Source: a virus
Taxonomy: Duplodnaviria; Caudoviricetes
IMG/VR virus record: IMGVR_UViG_3300043171_000116
Location: 1-31,805 of that record
Direction: 5' to 3' (one strand)
Length of the DNA stretch: 31,805 nucleotides
Made by a program: the position numbers and the translations under genes. This document shows positions 1-8,190 of the stretch, piece after piece; positions within the stretch are counted from its first letter, which is position 1; each line of letters opens with the position of its first letter. The notes beneath the pieces were generated by a model that made no database searches, was not told the origin of the DNA, and saw only the letters and a list, made by a program, of their open reading frames with translations.

Positions 1-41
1 ATCTATATCCTTAACTACTTGCCCTTCACAGATTATTGTTA

Positions 42-230
42 TCATCTCTTCCCCCATACCAGTTGCTCATCCGGTAGATTATCCATCTCATATTCTGTAA
101 CTTCTTGGTGCAACTCTTTGTTATACCAGAGGTTGTCATCGACCCTTACATATCTACGTCTAGTTGTAAATATAAATCTAACTGCGCTTATTATTATTTC
201 ATCGTCGCTTATGATTTTTATTATTGTCAT
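42..230 (-). CDS. hypothetical phage protein (62 aa)
   Basis: ORF with GGAGA SD upstream; fits the tightly packed minus-strand gene run. Confidence 0.6.
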   Translation of the reverse strand: MTIIKIISDDEIIISAVRFIFTTRRRYVRVDDNLWYNKELHQEVTEYEMDNLPDEQLVWGKR

Positions 231-336
231 TTTTTAAATCTCCAGTTAGAACCGTTATACTGTTCCGTGTTATTATGATCTTACTTTTCAAGTATGGGGA
301 TATATCATCTATGTTTTGGGTTGATATTCTTTTCAT
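199..336 (-). CDS. small hypothetical protein (45 aa, not in ORF track)
   Basis: ATGA overlap with the stop of 333..518, AGAGGA SD; MKRISTQNIDDISPYLKSK... Confidence 0.5.
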   Translation of the reverse strand: MKRISTQNIDDISPYLKSKIIITRNSITVLTGDLKNDNNKNHKRR

Positions 337-518
337 TGTTTTAAATCCTCTATGTCTGCAAGCATTATTTGCATATATTCTCTTTCTGTCTCGGCATTCT
401 TTTTAACATGCCTGATTCTATCTTCTGTGATATATCCTTTCTTTATCCTCTTGTATACCGCTTGTGTCGTTATACCGTTAACCTCTGCATAATTAGGAAT
501 ACTTAACCATTGCTCCAT
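333..518 (-). CDS. Xis/MerR-like winged-HTH DNA-binding protein
   Basis: WLSIPNYAEVNGITTQAVYKRIKKG fits the HTH_17/excisionase-like pattern; GAGGAG SD. Confidence 0.7.
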   Translation of the reverse strand: MEQWLSIPNYAEVNGITTQAVYKRIKKGYITEDRIRHVKKNAETEREYMQIMLADIEDLKQ

Positions 519-549
519 TGTTGTCTCCTCGCCCCGAAGGGCTTACCTG

Positions 550-699
550 TTATACTGTTGCTGTTTTATATCCAGCTAAGAATCCAGTCCATATTGCAGC
601 AACTAATATCTCTTCATATGTTCCACACTCTTCCATTGTTAGATTCAAGTTCCTTCCTACTGTTGATTCAAAAACAACTCTAATTTCTTCTGTATTCAT
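550..699 (-). CDS. hypothetical protein (49 aa; start revised to MNTEEI)
   Basis: TAAGGAGAACAAG-ATG at 699. Confidence 0.55.
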   Translation of the reverse strand: MNTEEIRVVFESTVGRNLNLTMEECGTYEEILVAAIWTGFLAGYKTATV

Positions 700-858
700 C
701 TTGTTCTCCTTAGGGTAGCCCGATAGACTTTTTAATTCCCTTCTCCTAGCACATACTGGGATTGCACCAATATTAACTAATATCACATATGCCATATTTA
801 CACGGTCTAATAATGCTAATGTGCTTTATTGTTCCCTTCCATACTAAGTTATGTTTTA

Positions 859-887
859 ACTATATAACCCTTATTAACTCTTGTAAA
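859..887 (-). promoter_or_regulatory. sigma70-type promoter
   Basis: TTTACA-17 bp-TATAGT, directly downstream of the terminator at 910-940. Confidence 0.6.
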
Positions 888-909
888 CTCTTATTTCTTA
901 TTTAGATAT

Positions 910-940
910 AAAAAAAGACAATAAAGTTAATTATTGCCTC
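910..940 (-). terminator. intrinsic terminator after RusA copy 1
   Basis: GAGGCAATAA-loop-TTATTGTCTT followed by a T run. Confidence 0.65.
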
Positions 941-959
941 TAGACTACTTAACAAACCA

Positions 960-1334
960 CTATACAAAGGTAAACTCTATATAATTACTATCTGAATATC
1001 CACCGAACTCTACTGAATAACCTTGATAAGTCTTATAGTCATCGTCTTTAATTACTCCACGTTGTACCATATGGTCAAGGATAAACTTATTAGCTACCGA
1101 TTCAAAGTTGGATAGATCCCGTCTACGCTTATCTTTAAAGTATAGAGTGAAATGTATCTTAAATGTTTCCGGTGGATTAAATTGATACTGTAATAAATAT
1201 TCGTAGACTTGCTTTTTAATCTTGTTAGATGTTTGATAATGCCAGTTACGATAGTTATTAAGATTAAGTGAAGTTCTTTTCTTGGATGATACACTCCAGC
1301 CAGATAACGGGAGTGTATAAGTCTTAGGTGTCAA
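960..1334 (-). CDS. rusA: RusA-like Holliday junction resolvase (copy 1)
   Basis: RRRDLSN...KFILD...GVIKDDD catalytic motifs; lies next to SSB. Confidence 0.8.
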   Translation of the reverse strand: MTPKTYTLPLSGWSVSSKKRTSLNLNNYRNWHYQTSNKIKKQVYEYLLQYQFNPPETFKIHFTLYFKDKRRRDLSNFESVANKFILDHMVQRGVIKDDDYKTYQGYSVEFGGYSDSNYIEFTFV

Positions 1335-1795
1335 AAAGGTATATCGTCACTGAAATCATGACCGTTTGAATTATTATTACCAGATGGATAATTCTCATAT
1401 GACGGTTTATTACCAGTATCGTTTTTTTGGTAGTTAGAACTATTATTTAATTGTGTTTGTTGCTTATCGCCTTTGCTAATTATCTCTAATTCATCAACCT
1501 TGATTTCTACTTTAGATCTCTTTTGCCCGTCCTGTTCCCATGAGCTAAAATTTAGATTTCCACTAATAAATACTTGAGTCCCTTTAGATAAATGGTTTTG
1601 TAATGCTTCTGCATACTTTCCAATCACAACACAATTAAAATAATGCTTATCTTGTTGCCAATCATCCCCAACCTTTCTTGATTTACTAACACCTAAAGAA
1701 AACTTTAAAAATGCTGTACCATTGTTATTAAAAGTCATTTGTGGATCTGCTGTTAATCCTCCAAACCCCGTTGCTTTCATTCCGTTATCAAACAT
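1331..1795 (-). CDS. ssb: single-stranded DNA-binding protein
   Basis: OB-fold motifs GxLTADP, YFNCV, LSKGTQVFISGNL, WEQDGQKRSK; acidic C-terminal DDIPF. Confidence 0.95.
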   Translation of the reverse strand: MFDNGMKATGFGGLTADPQMTFNNNGTAFLKFSLGVSKSRKVGDDWQQDKHYFNCVVIGKYAEALQNHLSKGTQVFISGNLNFSSWEQDGQKRSKVEIKVDELEIISKGDKQQTQLNNSSNYQKNDTGNKPSYENYPSGNNNSNGHDFSDDIPF

Positions 1796-1806
1796 ATGTT
1801 CTCCTT

Positions 1807-2331
1807 TTATTTAACATCTTTCCATGTTTTGTTATTACACACTCTTGATGCGTACCTAACATTAATTCCATATTTATCACTAATCTCTTTTAATGATAAA
1901 CCATCTAATCTATCTTTTCTTAATTCTCTTACTGATTCTGTATTAAGAATACTTTCTTTTCTGTTATTCTCTAACTGTGTTATCCATTGGCAATTTGATG
2001 GTTCATAATTCCCATTATTATCAATTCTGTCTATTTGATGTTTTAATGAAGGACGTTTACCCATATCACCATAAAAGTTTTTAAAATCATTTAACCACCT
2101 TTCACAAACAATGATACCTCTTGCCCCATAATATTTGTAACTCTTATGGGTTTTACAATAACACCTATTACGCATACTCCACCATAATTGATGTTCTGGA
2201 TATTTTTTATATCCATTTCTGTGATGTATTACTGTGTTTGGATCTCTGTTTATTAGAAATATTCGATAATGCTTTCTGCATAGACCGGAACTATAATATT
2301 TATTATTACATCCCTCTTTTGTACACGCCAT
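1807..2331 (-). CDS. HNH homing-type endonuclease with N-terminal CxxxGC..GLCxxHY Zn finger
   Basis: WWSMRNRC...YGARGIIVCERW...IDRIDNNGNYEPSNCQWIT..EN is the typical phage HNH signature. Confidence 0.9.
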   Translation of the reverse strand: MACTKEGCNNKYYSSGLCRKHYRIFLINRDPNTVIHHRNGYKKYPEHQLWWSMRNRCYCKTHKSYKYYGARGIIVCERWLNDFKNFYGDMGKRPSLKHQIDRIDNNGNYEPSNCQWITQLENNRKESILNTESVRELRKDRLDGLSLKEISDKYGINVRYASRVCNNKTWKDVK

Positions 2332-2347
2332 CTAATATCCTCCTTGG

Positions 2348-2647
2348 CTACTCATTAAGTATACTATTTTTAATGCTATTTATCAACTCCATTGCTTCCA
2401 GGGGATTACTCGCAATATTAATCAAAACTCTACTATTATCATCTGGACAAGTTAACACCATCATATCTTTATGATACATAACCTCTCGACCAAACTTCTT
2501 TATATTTGACTTACTAGCAGCTACTTTATGAGCAAGCTGGAGACTACTAGCCCCGAACCGTTTACCGCAGACCTCGCAGCAATAGTTATTATCTTGTATC
2601 CGTTGCTGCTTGGCTTCGTCTGCTTCTATCTTTTCAAGGTTGGTCAT
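2348..2647 (-). CDS. NinG/HNH-like Zn-binding protein
   Basis: CEVCG...LQLAH motif with a later Cys; position in recombination module. Confidence 0.5.
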   Translation of the reverse strand: MTNLEKIEADEAKQQRIQDNNYCCEVCGKRFGASSLQLAHKVAASKSNIKKFGREVMYHKDMMVLTCPDDNSRVLINIASNPLEAMELINSIKNSILNE

Positions 2648-2648
2648 G

Positions 2649-2906
2649 CTAATCCAACTCTATTATAGAACCGTCAAGATTAACCATTCCATTACCATCA
2701 CAAGTTTTACAATAATAAGTTCCGCAACCTTTAGCCTCTGGATCTTCACTAAAGTTATCAGGATAATCTTTTTCTTTAACCATAACCGTAGAGCCTCTAA
2801 AATCTCCATCTGCTCCAACATTATGACTATGAGGTGCTAACCCGTACCATGTAGCCTCGCCACAACAAACAGGACATTCTTTATATTGTGTCATCTTATC
2901 TCCCAT
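2649..2906 (-). CDS. Zn-ribbon protein (DnaJ-like CxxCxGxG repeats)
   Basis: CPVCCGE and CKTCDGNG. Confidence 0.6.
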   Translation of the reverse strand: MGDKMTQYKECPVCCGEATWYGLAPHSHNVGADGDFRGSTVMVKEKDYPDNFSEDPEAKGCGTYYCKTCDGNGMVNLDGSIIELD

Positions 2907-3123
2907 AACTCATAAAATCTTTAAAACTCATCTCTTCTGACATATCGCTGTTAAATATTTCCTCAGTACACCATCGGATATCTTTGTATTCTGATAGTAA
3001 AATGTAATCTGCTTTGATTAAGTTCGGCTCGTGTTTTCTGTCCATACTGTATCCTAAGTTAAGGCTATGCGTTATTATTTCTACATTTGGTTTACCTGTA
3101 GTGTTTATTTTAATATCTTTCAT
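2896..3123 (-). CDS. hypothetical protein
   Basis: TAGGAGAATAGA-ATG; coupled to neighbours. Confidence 0.65.
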   Translation of the reverse strand: MKDIKINTTGKPNVEIITHSLNLGYSMDRKHEPNLIKADYILLSEYKDIRWCTEEIFNSDMSEEMSFKDFMSYGR

Positions 3124-3124
3124 T

Positions 3125-3292
3125 CTATTCTCCTAAATTAAATATTATTGCTTGCATCTCTTCTATCTTTATTAATAGATCATCTTCTGATAGTTCAATA
3201 CATTGTTCTCCACAATCACACTCTCTATATTCATTAGGTTTTAATTCGCCTTTTGAATAACCATCACATTCACTACAATAATATATACTCAT
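3125..3292 (-). CDS. small Zn-ribbon protein (55 aa, not in ORF track)
   Basis: MSIYYCSECDG...CDCGEQC; GGGG SD; fills the gap exactly. Confidence 0.65.
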   Translation of the reverse strand: MSIYYCSECDGYSKGELKPNEYRECDCGEQCIELSEDDLLIKIEEMQAIIFNLGE

Positions 3293-3301
3293 TCTATCCC
3301 C

Positions 3302-3895
3302 TTAACAAAACTTTGATTTTAAATTATCAGTATATTCTTTGTTCTGTTTATTCGTCTGCTCTATATCTTTCTTATCAAGATACTCTTTTATCTGTTCATA
3401 TTTTGGAGTGCTAACACCTAGTTTATCCATAAGCTTAAATATCATATCAACTAATTTACTCGCTTGATTAGGTGTGTAATCTCTCCAACTCTTTAACTTT
3501 AATTCAATACGGTTCTTATTACCATTATTAAAATCATCAATAACATAATCCGGTATAGAGTAAAAATCCTTAGTACCTTTCATGCTATATTTATCGTCTA
3601 CATATTTATATATGTTACCTTCTCCGTAATCCTCTTTTAAACGGTCTTTCAGTTTGTACCAGTTAGCAGCTCTAAAATCTAAAGATATACCCCCATCGTC
3701 AAATATGAATTGATCCTTGTTAAACATCCAATAGTAGAACTCTGGAATGATAGCATGGAATAAACCGTTAAGCTCTAAACTTTTCCCTGTCTGCTCTTCT
3801 ATATGGTAATACTCGTTAGCTTTAGGATGTTTCCCCTCAAAGTAGAATGTAGCAAAACCCTTATTACTACACTCTATACATTTACCTTTAAGCAT
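3302..3895 (-). CDS. NinB-like recombination accessory protein
   Basis: KSLELNGLFHAII and KSWRDYTPNQASKLVD resemble NinB/DUF1367 motifs; follows the annealase. Confidence 0.5.
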   Translation of the reverse strand: MLKGKCIECSNKGFATFYFEGKHPKANEYYHIEEQTGKSLELNGLFHAIIPEFYYWMFNKDQFIFDDGGISLDFRAANWYKLKDRLKEDYGEGNIYKYVDDKYSMKGTKDFYSIPDYVIDDFNNGNKNRIELKLKSWRDYTPNQASKLVDMIFKLMDKLGVSTPKYEQIKEYLDKKDIEQTNKQNKEYTDNLKSKFC

Positions 3896-4481
3896 TTAAA
3901 GCGCCATATTCTTTTATTAGTTCATCTACTAAGTACTGGTTAGGTAATAAACTTTTTTCGTTTAGTGCTTTCTTCATATCCTTTAATTCTATAGACTCCG
4001 CAAACCTTGGATCAGTTAAATAAGCTCTAACAATATTAGATGTAATTTCTGTTACTTGTGCTTTCACATCTACAGGAGTATTATCTTCTGGAAGATCTTC
4101 ACCAGCGTATATATATAATCCTAAACCAAACATAGCCAGATTCTTAGTCAAACAACGCATAACAGTTTTATTGATAGCCATTGCATCAGGGGTTAAATTA
4201 GCTTGGTTTCTATTATCCATAACAGGCAACCACATTTCGTGTGTTAAATCTTCCACCGTTACAGTTGTATAACACATATAGCCAGTTTTATTATTCCCGA
4301 ACATTGGCATTCTGCTTTCATTCTTTTCTATAGTATATGTAGCTTTTGGGAATACTTTTAAAAATGCAGTCCATGCATTAGCCCATGATAAATAAGTCAA
4401 TTTGCCTTTCTTGTCTGTAAACTTATTTACATCTTTCTCTATAAGAACATTTATACCTTCAATCAATTCTTTCTCATCCAT
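3888..4481 (-). CDS. Sak3/DUF1071-family single-strand annealing protein
   Basis: LTYLSWANAW, MWLPVMDNRN, INKTVMRCLTKNLAMFGLGLYIYAGEDLP. Confidence 0.9.
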   Translation of the reverse strand: MDEKELIEGINVLIEKDVNKFTDKKGKLTYLSWANAWTAFLKVFPKATYTIEKNESRMPMFGNNKTGYMCYTTVTVEDLTHEMWLPVMDNRNQANLTPDAMAINKTVMRCLTKNLAMFGLGLYIYAGEDLPEDNTPVDVKAQVTEITSNIVRAYLTDPRFAESIELKDMKKALNEKSLLPNQYLVDELIKEYGALNA

Positions 4482-4663
4482 TAAAATAATTCTCCTATTA
4501 AATTAGTTCTGCATTGCATACAATCACCATTTTTCAATAGTTCCTCGTAAGTTTGTACCTTTGAACAGTGAAAGCAAGTTATCTCACCCTCTAAAGGTCT
4601 AGTCGTTGACAAATCTATCTGATCTTTCTTTGTATCGCTCTGTACTCTTTGCTTTCGGTTCAT
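4481..4663 (-). CDS. small Zn-ribbon protein
   Basis: CFHC...CMQC; GGAGGAG SD; TAATG coupling to the annealase. Confidence 0.65.
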   Translation of the reverse strand: MNRKQRVQSDTKKDQIDLSTTRPLEGEITCFHCSKVQTYEELLKNGDCMQCRTNLIGELF

Positions 4664-4910
4664 ATTTCTCCTCCAACTCTTTTATTCTCTGTCGTTGCTT
4701 TGCTATAGTTATGTTTAATTCTGCTCTAGTATTCATTTGACCATTTTGATAAGCGTCTGTTAAATGATTATCAATACACTGTTTAATCTTCTTCTGAGCG
4801 TTCTTATCGTCTCCCCATTTAAATACTTCAACCAACTCATTATATCTTGAAGTTAATCTCTCATCATTGATATATGGTTTGTCTGGTGTTGGTATTATCT
4901 CTATATCCAT
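4599..4910 (-). CDS. hypothetical protein with C-terminal coiled coil
   Basis: ORF with GAGGA SD in the minus-strand early operon. Confidence 0.6.
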   Translation of the reverse strand: MDIEIIPTPDKPYINDERLTSRYNELVEVFKWGDDKNAQKKIKQCIDNHLTDAYQNGQMNTRAELNITIAKQRQRIKELEEKYEPKAKSTERYKERSDRFVND

Positions 4911-4912
4911 TA

Positions 4913-5071
4913 TTATATTTCCTCTAACTTTAGAATAGTATAACTTTCTATTTCATCATGTATCATGGGGTCACTTTTAAACCCTTCCCAACTTTCACCA
5001 TTCCAATATAAAATCTTTTTCCTGTCATGGTTGTAAAACTTAACAATATAATAACCTATTTCTATATCCAT
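4913..5071 (-). CDS. small hypothetical protein (52 aa, not in ORF track)
   Basis: MDIEIGYYIVKFYN...WNGESW; GAGGT SD; fills the gap. Confidence 0.6.
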   Translation of the reverse strand: MDIEIGYYIVKFYNHDRKKILYWNGESWEGFKSDPMIHDEIESYTILKLEEI

Positions 5072-5072
5072 T

Positions 5073-5231
5073 CTAAACCTCTACAACTATAGTATAATAT
5101 TCTGTATGATCTATCTTTCTATCATAAGCTTGTTCTAATTTAATTGTCTTACTCTCTGTATCTGGCTTAGTCATATGAATTACTGTATCACCTTCTAATG
5201 TTCTTATCTCTAATACATATTCTTTATCCAT
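5073..5231 (-). CDS. hypothetical protein (start revised to MDKEYV)
   Basis: AAGGAGAACGGA-ATG; the TTG start in the track is the promoter -35 box. Confidence 0.6.
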   Translation of the reverse strand: MDKEYVLEIRTLEGDTVIHMTKPDTESKTIKLEQAYDRKIDHTEYYTIVVEV

Positions 5232-5250
5232 TCCGTTCTCCTTGTCTAAT

Positions 5251-5279
5251 ATACTAGCCGATAGGGTAAATACTGTCAA
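5251..5279 (-). promoter_or_regulatory. sigma70-type promoter of the recombination operon
   Basis: TTGACA-17 bp-TAGTAT. Confidence 0.7.
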
Positions 5280-5314
5280 GTAAAATAATATTCATTATTG
5301 TGTTTTATTATGTA

Positions 5315-5343
5315 TTGACGTATTTAATATAGTGTGGTAACTT
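5315..5343 (+). promoter_or_regulatory. divergent sigma70-type promoter, probably leaderless transcript
   Basis: TTGACG-17 bp-TAACTT with extended TG; ATG 6 nt after the -10 box, no SD. Confidence 0.65.
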
Positions 5344-5349
5344 ATTTGT

Positions 5350-5517
5350 ATGGATGATAAATTATATAGTGTAAATCAGCTTATGGAAAAGTTTGATTGT
5401 AGTCGTAGCTTAGTTAATAAGTGGTTTGAACGTGGGCTTGTTAAAACAAAGATAGGTAAATTAACAAGAGTTAAAGAGAAGGATTTAGAGGAGTTTATTG
5501 AAAGTGGAAAAGCTTAA
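5350..5517 (+). CDS. Xis/HTH_17-like DNA-binding protein (55 aa, not in ORF track)
   Basis: MDDKLYSVNQLMEKFDCSRSLVNKWFERGLVKTKIGKLTRVKEKDLEEFI is a typical excisionase-type winged HTH. Confidence 0.8.
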   Translation: MDDKLYSVNQLMEKFDCSRSLVNKWFERGLVKTKIGKLTRVKEKDLEEFIESGKA

Positions 5518-5794
5518 AAAAGAGTTAGAACAAAAGATTTATGAAAAAGGTGTTTTAGATACTGAAATAAAAGGATTACAATTATTGATAAAAGAAAAAG
5601 AATGTCCTTTTGAAATTGATGATATTGTAATTAGTTTTGGAGACAGGGTTGTATTTAAAGGGTTTAAATTAGATAGAGGTTATTGGCAACCTAGAGTTTT
5701 TAAGATTAAGAAAGATGGATCACTCTATTCTAATCCTGTATATGTTAGTAGTTATGGTTTTAATAAATGTGAAAAAGACGGGGTTTATAGATGA
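5498..5794 (+). CDS. hypothetical protein (coiled coil plus SH3-like beta domain)
   Basis: GAGGAG SD; CPFEIDDIV...KIKKDG pattern common in phage proteins. Confidence 0.65.
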   Translation: MKVEKLKKELEQKIYEKGVLDTEIKGLQLLIKEKECPFEIDDIVISFGDRVVFKGFKLDRGYWQPRVFKIKKDGSLYSNPVYVSSYGFNKCEKDGVYR

Positions 5795-5967
5795 CAGAAT
5801 ACGCTAATATAATAAGAGTACCAGAGTCAGAGTTACCAGAGAACACTTTTAAATGTGCTGTATGTTGCGTTAAGCCTGATCGTAAAGGCTGTGCAAAGTT
5901 TGAGTTTGAGCACGGGTTTGATTGTTGCAATGAGAACAATCATTTTTATAGGAAGGTTGACAAATGA
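5791..5967 (+). CDS. small Cys-rich protein (58 aa, not in ORF track)
   Basis: ATGA overlaps at both ends; CAVCC...C...CC. Confidence 0.6.
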   Translation: MTEYANIIRVPESELPENTFKCAVCCVKPDRKGCAKFEFEHGFDCCNENNHFYRKVDK

Positions 5968-6119
5968 GAAACTTATGGACAACAAAAGATATAATGTATT
6001 ACTACGGTAAAACAGGTAGACAAGTTGCTGCCTGGAGAAAAGACGGGTTACGGTGTACCGCGCTAGGATCTGGATATATTTATGAATATAGTGATTTAGT
6101 GGAGTTTCTTAGTGAATGA
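5964..6119 (+). CDS. second Xis-like winged-HTH protein (51 aa, not in ORF track)
   Basis: MRNLWTTKDIMYYYGKTGRQVAAWRKDGL...YIYEYSDLVEFL; AGGAAGG SD. Confidence 0.7.
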   Translation: MRNLWTTKDIMYYYGKTGRQVAAWRKDGLRCTALGSGYIYEYSDLVEFLSE

Positions 6120-6498
6120 AATAATAATACCTCTTAATGATTGGAAGGTTGGAAAGCGTAAGTATAACCTATCTATGAATACATATAGGAACTTACACCA
6201 CCAAATAAGTAGTAAATTAAAGCGTAATTTTAATGAATACATGATTGGATATTGTTTCAAAAAATATGATAGACCAATTAGGATTCATTACACATTATAC
6301 TTTAAGGATCAACGAAAACGGGATCTAATGAACTTTGTTGCTGTTGTTGATAAGTTCGCCCTTGATAGCCTTGTTAAGCGCGGAGTGATAGAAGATGATA
6401 ACTATAGGTATGTTGTAGGTTATACGGTCGAATATGGCGGTAAAAGAGATATGAATTGTATTAAAATGGAGATAGAAGAAGTTGATAGATTTAGTTAA
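6112..6498 (+). CDS. rusA: RusA-like Holliday junction resolvase (copy 2)
   Basis: RKRDLMN...KFALD...GVIEDDN; aligns by eye along its whole length with 960..1334. Confidence 0.8.
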   Translation: MNEIIIPLNDWKVGKRKYNLSMNTYRNLHHQISSKLKRNFNEYMIGYCFKKYDRPIRIHYTLYFKDQRKRDLMNFVAVVDKFALDSLVKRGVIEDDNYRYVVGYTVEYGGKRDMNCIKMEIEEVDRFS

Positions 6499-6814
6499 GT
6501 TACAAAAACAGGTTTGGAATAATACTGTTAGAATGGGTTATACAATCAATAAGAAAACAACTATAAAGAAGTTAAAAGAAGAGTTGAAAGAGTTTAAGCT
6601 ATCAAGGGTTATTCCTAACTTTAGAGCCGAGCATTTATCTAATATAAAAAATAATAGTGATTTTGTATTTAATTTTGAGTGTCATGTAAAACATTCTGAA
6701 CATGATGAGATCCCAGATATGTTTTTTGTATTGCTATCTTATTGTGAACAAAATAATATAGACTTTGAAACCCTGGTTATGAATAAATTAAAATACAATA
6801 AGTATAGGGATTAA
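6482..6814 (+). CDS. MazG-like all-alpha NTP pyrophosphohydrolase
   Basis: KLKEELKEF ... DEIPDMFFVLL ... IDFETLVMNKLKYNKYR (EExxE / ExxD motifs). Confidence 0.7.
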   Translation: MIDLVKLQKQVWNNTVRMGYTINKKTTIKKLKEELKEFKLSRVIPNFRAEHLSNIKNNSDFVFNFECHVKHSEHDEIPDMFFVLLSYCEQNNIDFETLVMNKLKYNKYRD

Positions 6815-7089
6815 CCCTTAAAATACATTGCAACGTTACCCAATAAGAATATTGCAACCATGATCCACATTTCTACATTGAACTTCTTATCGCTTTTTGT
6901 AGCTATGTGGCTTTGTATATGCGTATCTATCTTCTGTTCTATTATTGGTACTTTGTCTATTATCACAGCGTGTTTATCTACATCCTTCCGTATTGGGTGC
7001 AAGGTTGCTTCTAGCCATTCCCGTTGAGTCTTAAAGCCATCTGTTATTATTTCTTTAAACTCTTTGCGCTCGTTGTCTGTCATTGCCAT
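6811..7089 (-). CDS. small protein with coiled coil and C-terminal TM helix (XhlA/holin-like)
   Basis: Amphipathic helix followed by MWIMVAIFLLGNVAMYF; has its own promoter. Confidence 0.55.
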   Translation of the reverse strand: MAMTDNERKEFKEIITDGFKTQREWLEATLHPIRKDVDKHAVIIDKVPIIEQKIDTHIQSHIATKSDKKFNVEMWIMVAIFLLGNVAMYFKG

Positions 7090-7157
7090 TCTCGCCTTAC
7101 TCCATACAATTTATGGATATATATAGTATGACACCATGATACACCCAAATTTAATTT

Positions 7158-7187
7158 ATTATATACTATATATAGTGGTGTTGTCCA
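7158..7187 (-). promoter_or_regulatory. promoter with palindrome ACTATATATAGT in the spacer
   Basis: TGGACA-18 bp-TATAAT; palindrome at 7165-7176. Confidence 0.55.
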
Positions 7188-7188
7188 T

Positions 7189-7971
7189 TTATACCGATTC
7201 AAACAACCATTTTCCGAGTTTCGCATCAGAACATATATCATTATCATTCTTAACCTTAGTTATTTTACGCCTGATTGTATCGTTAGCGTTGTTGATTCCT
7301 AAGAACCTGGATATATTATCATAGCTCATTCCGTTGCAGAATAGTTTTATTATAGCCTTTTCTTCTTCTGTTATATCTATAACGTCAATATTTCTGATTA
7401 TTGCTTTGGGTTTATTCTTTTCTCTGATCTGTTTTTGTAGATCTGCTATCTTAGATTTGTATTCTTGATGCTTCATATAAATATTTCCATATAAAAACAA
7501 GAATGCCATTATTGCAACTATTGTTTGTGATGGCGTTGCTTCTGAAAATGTGGATTTAATAACAATTACAATTAATGATGAGAACGCTAATAATAACCCG
7601 TATTTTTTATTAGTATTTTGTTGATAGGCAAGAATAAAGAAAACCGAAGCCCCTAAATCTGTTTGGTCGATAACTGCTATTTGATAAGCAATTCCGATTA
7701 AAAAGAATAAGATAGACTTCGTTATTTTACTTGTCTTATTATGGTATATTAGAAATGAAATTAAAATAAATGGTATTGTTAAATATGACCTTTGTATAAT
7801 ATCTTTATGTTCTAGTATCTGGTTTACAAAATTAAATAAACCAATAGATACTATTATAGCTGAGTTGAAATAGTCTTTAGTCACTCCACCATTTATACAT
7901 ACCGACCTTTGTTTCTTCTTCGTTAAGCTGTAACTCAATAACCTTTCTTTCAATTGTCCTATCTTCTTCAT
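7189..7971 (-). CDS. multi-pass membrane protein with C-terminal LuxR/NarL-type HTH
   Basis: About 5-6 hydrophobic segments, a coiled coil, then ITEEEKAIIKLFCNGMSYDNISRFLG...TIRRKITKV...ICSDAKL; GGGAGAAC SD (alternative GTG start at 7884). Confidence 0.7.
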   Translation of the reverse strand: MKKIGQLKERLLSYSLTKKKQRSVCINGGVTKDYFNSAIIVSIGLFNFVNQILEHKDIIQRSYLTIPFILISFLIYHNKTSKITKSILFFLIGIAYQIAVIDQTDLGASVFFILAYQQNTNKKYGLLLAFSSLIVIVIKSTFSEATPSQTIVAIMAFLFLYGNIYMKHQEYKSKIADLQKQIREKNKPKAIIRNIDVIDITEEEKAIIKLFCNGMSYDNISRFLGINNANDTIRRKITKVKNDNDICSDAKLGKWLFESV

Positions 7972-8173
7972 GGCTGTTCTCCCGATGCTCTATTATAGCA
8001 AGGGTTAAGACTTTTGTCACTTTACTGATTGCGCTATGCAATAAGGCTTCTGCTCGTTGTTCGCAATTATCAAAAGCTTCCTGTGGTAAGTATCCATCGT
8101 TTTCTACTTCTTTTAATAGGTCTTTGCCTAATTCCGATTCTAATAATTTCGCTAGTTCATGTTGTATTTTCAT
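7877..8173 (-). CDS. hypothetical acidic helical protein
   Basis: AAGGAG SD and its own promoter; overlaps the next gene. Confidence 0.65.
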   Translation of the reverse strand: MKIQHELAKLLESELGKDLLKEVENDGYLPQEAFDNCEQRAEALLHSAISKVTKVLTLAIIEHRENSHEEDRTIERKVIELQLNEEETKVGMYKWWSD

Positions 8174-8190
8174 GTAAACTCCTTTTGCGT

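Noticed and set aside
1807-2331. HNH gene as part of an intron or intein
   Set aside because: Free-standing between intact genes, with its own SD and no split host gene
19-2840. Plus-strand track ORFs 19..237, 224..406, 518..718, 1796..2008, 2121..2474, 2610..2840 and minus-strand 1094..1294
   Set aside because: Shadow frames of well-supported minus-strand genes; no SD or recognisable motifs
4890-5235. Three consecutive genes starting ATGGATA (MDIEI, MDIEI, MDKEY)
   Set aside because: Match is only about 11-15 nt in AT-rich sequence and similarity does not continue; too weak to claim
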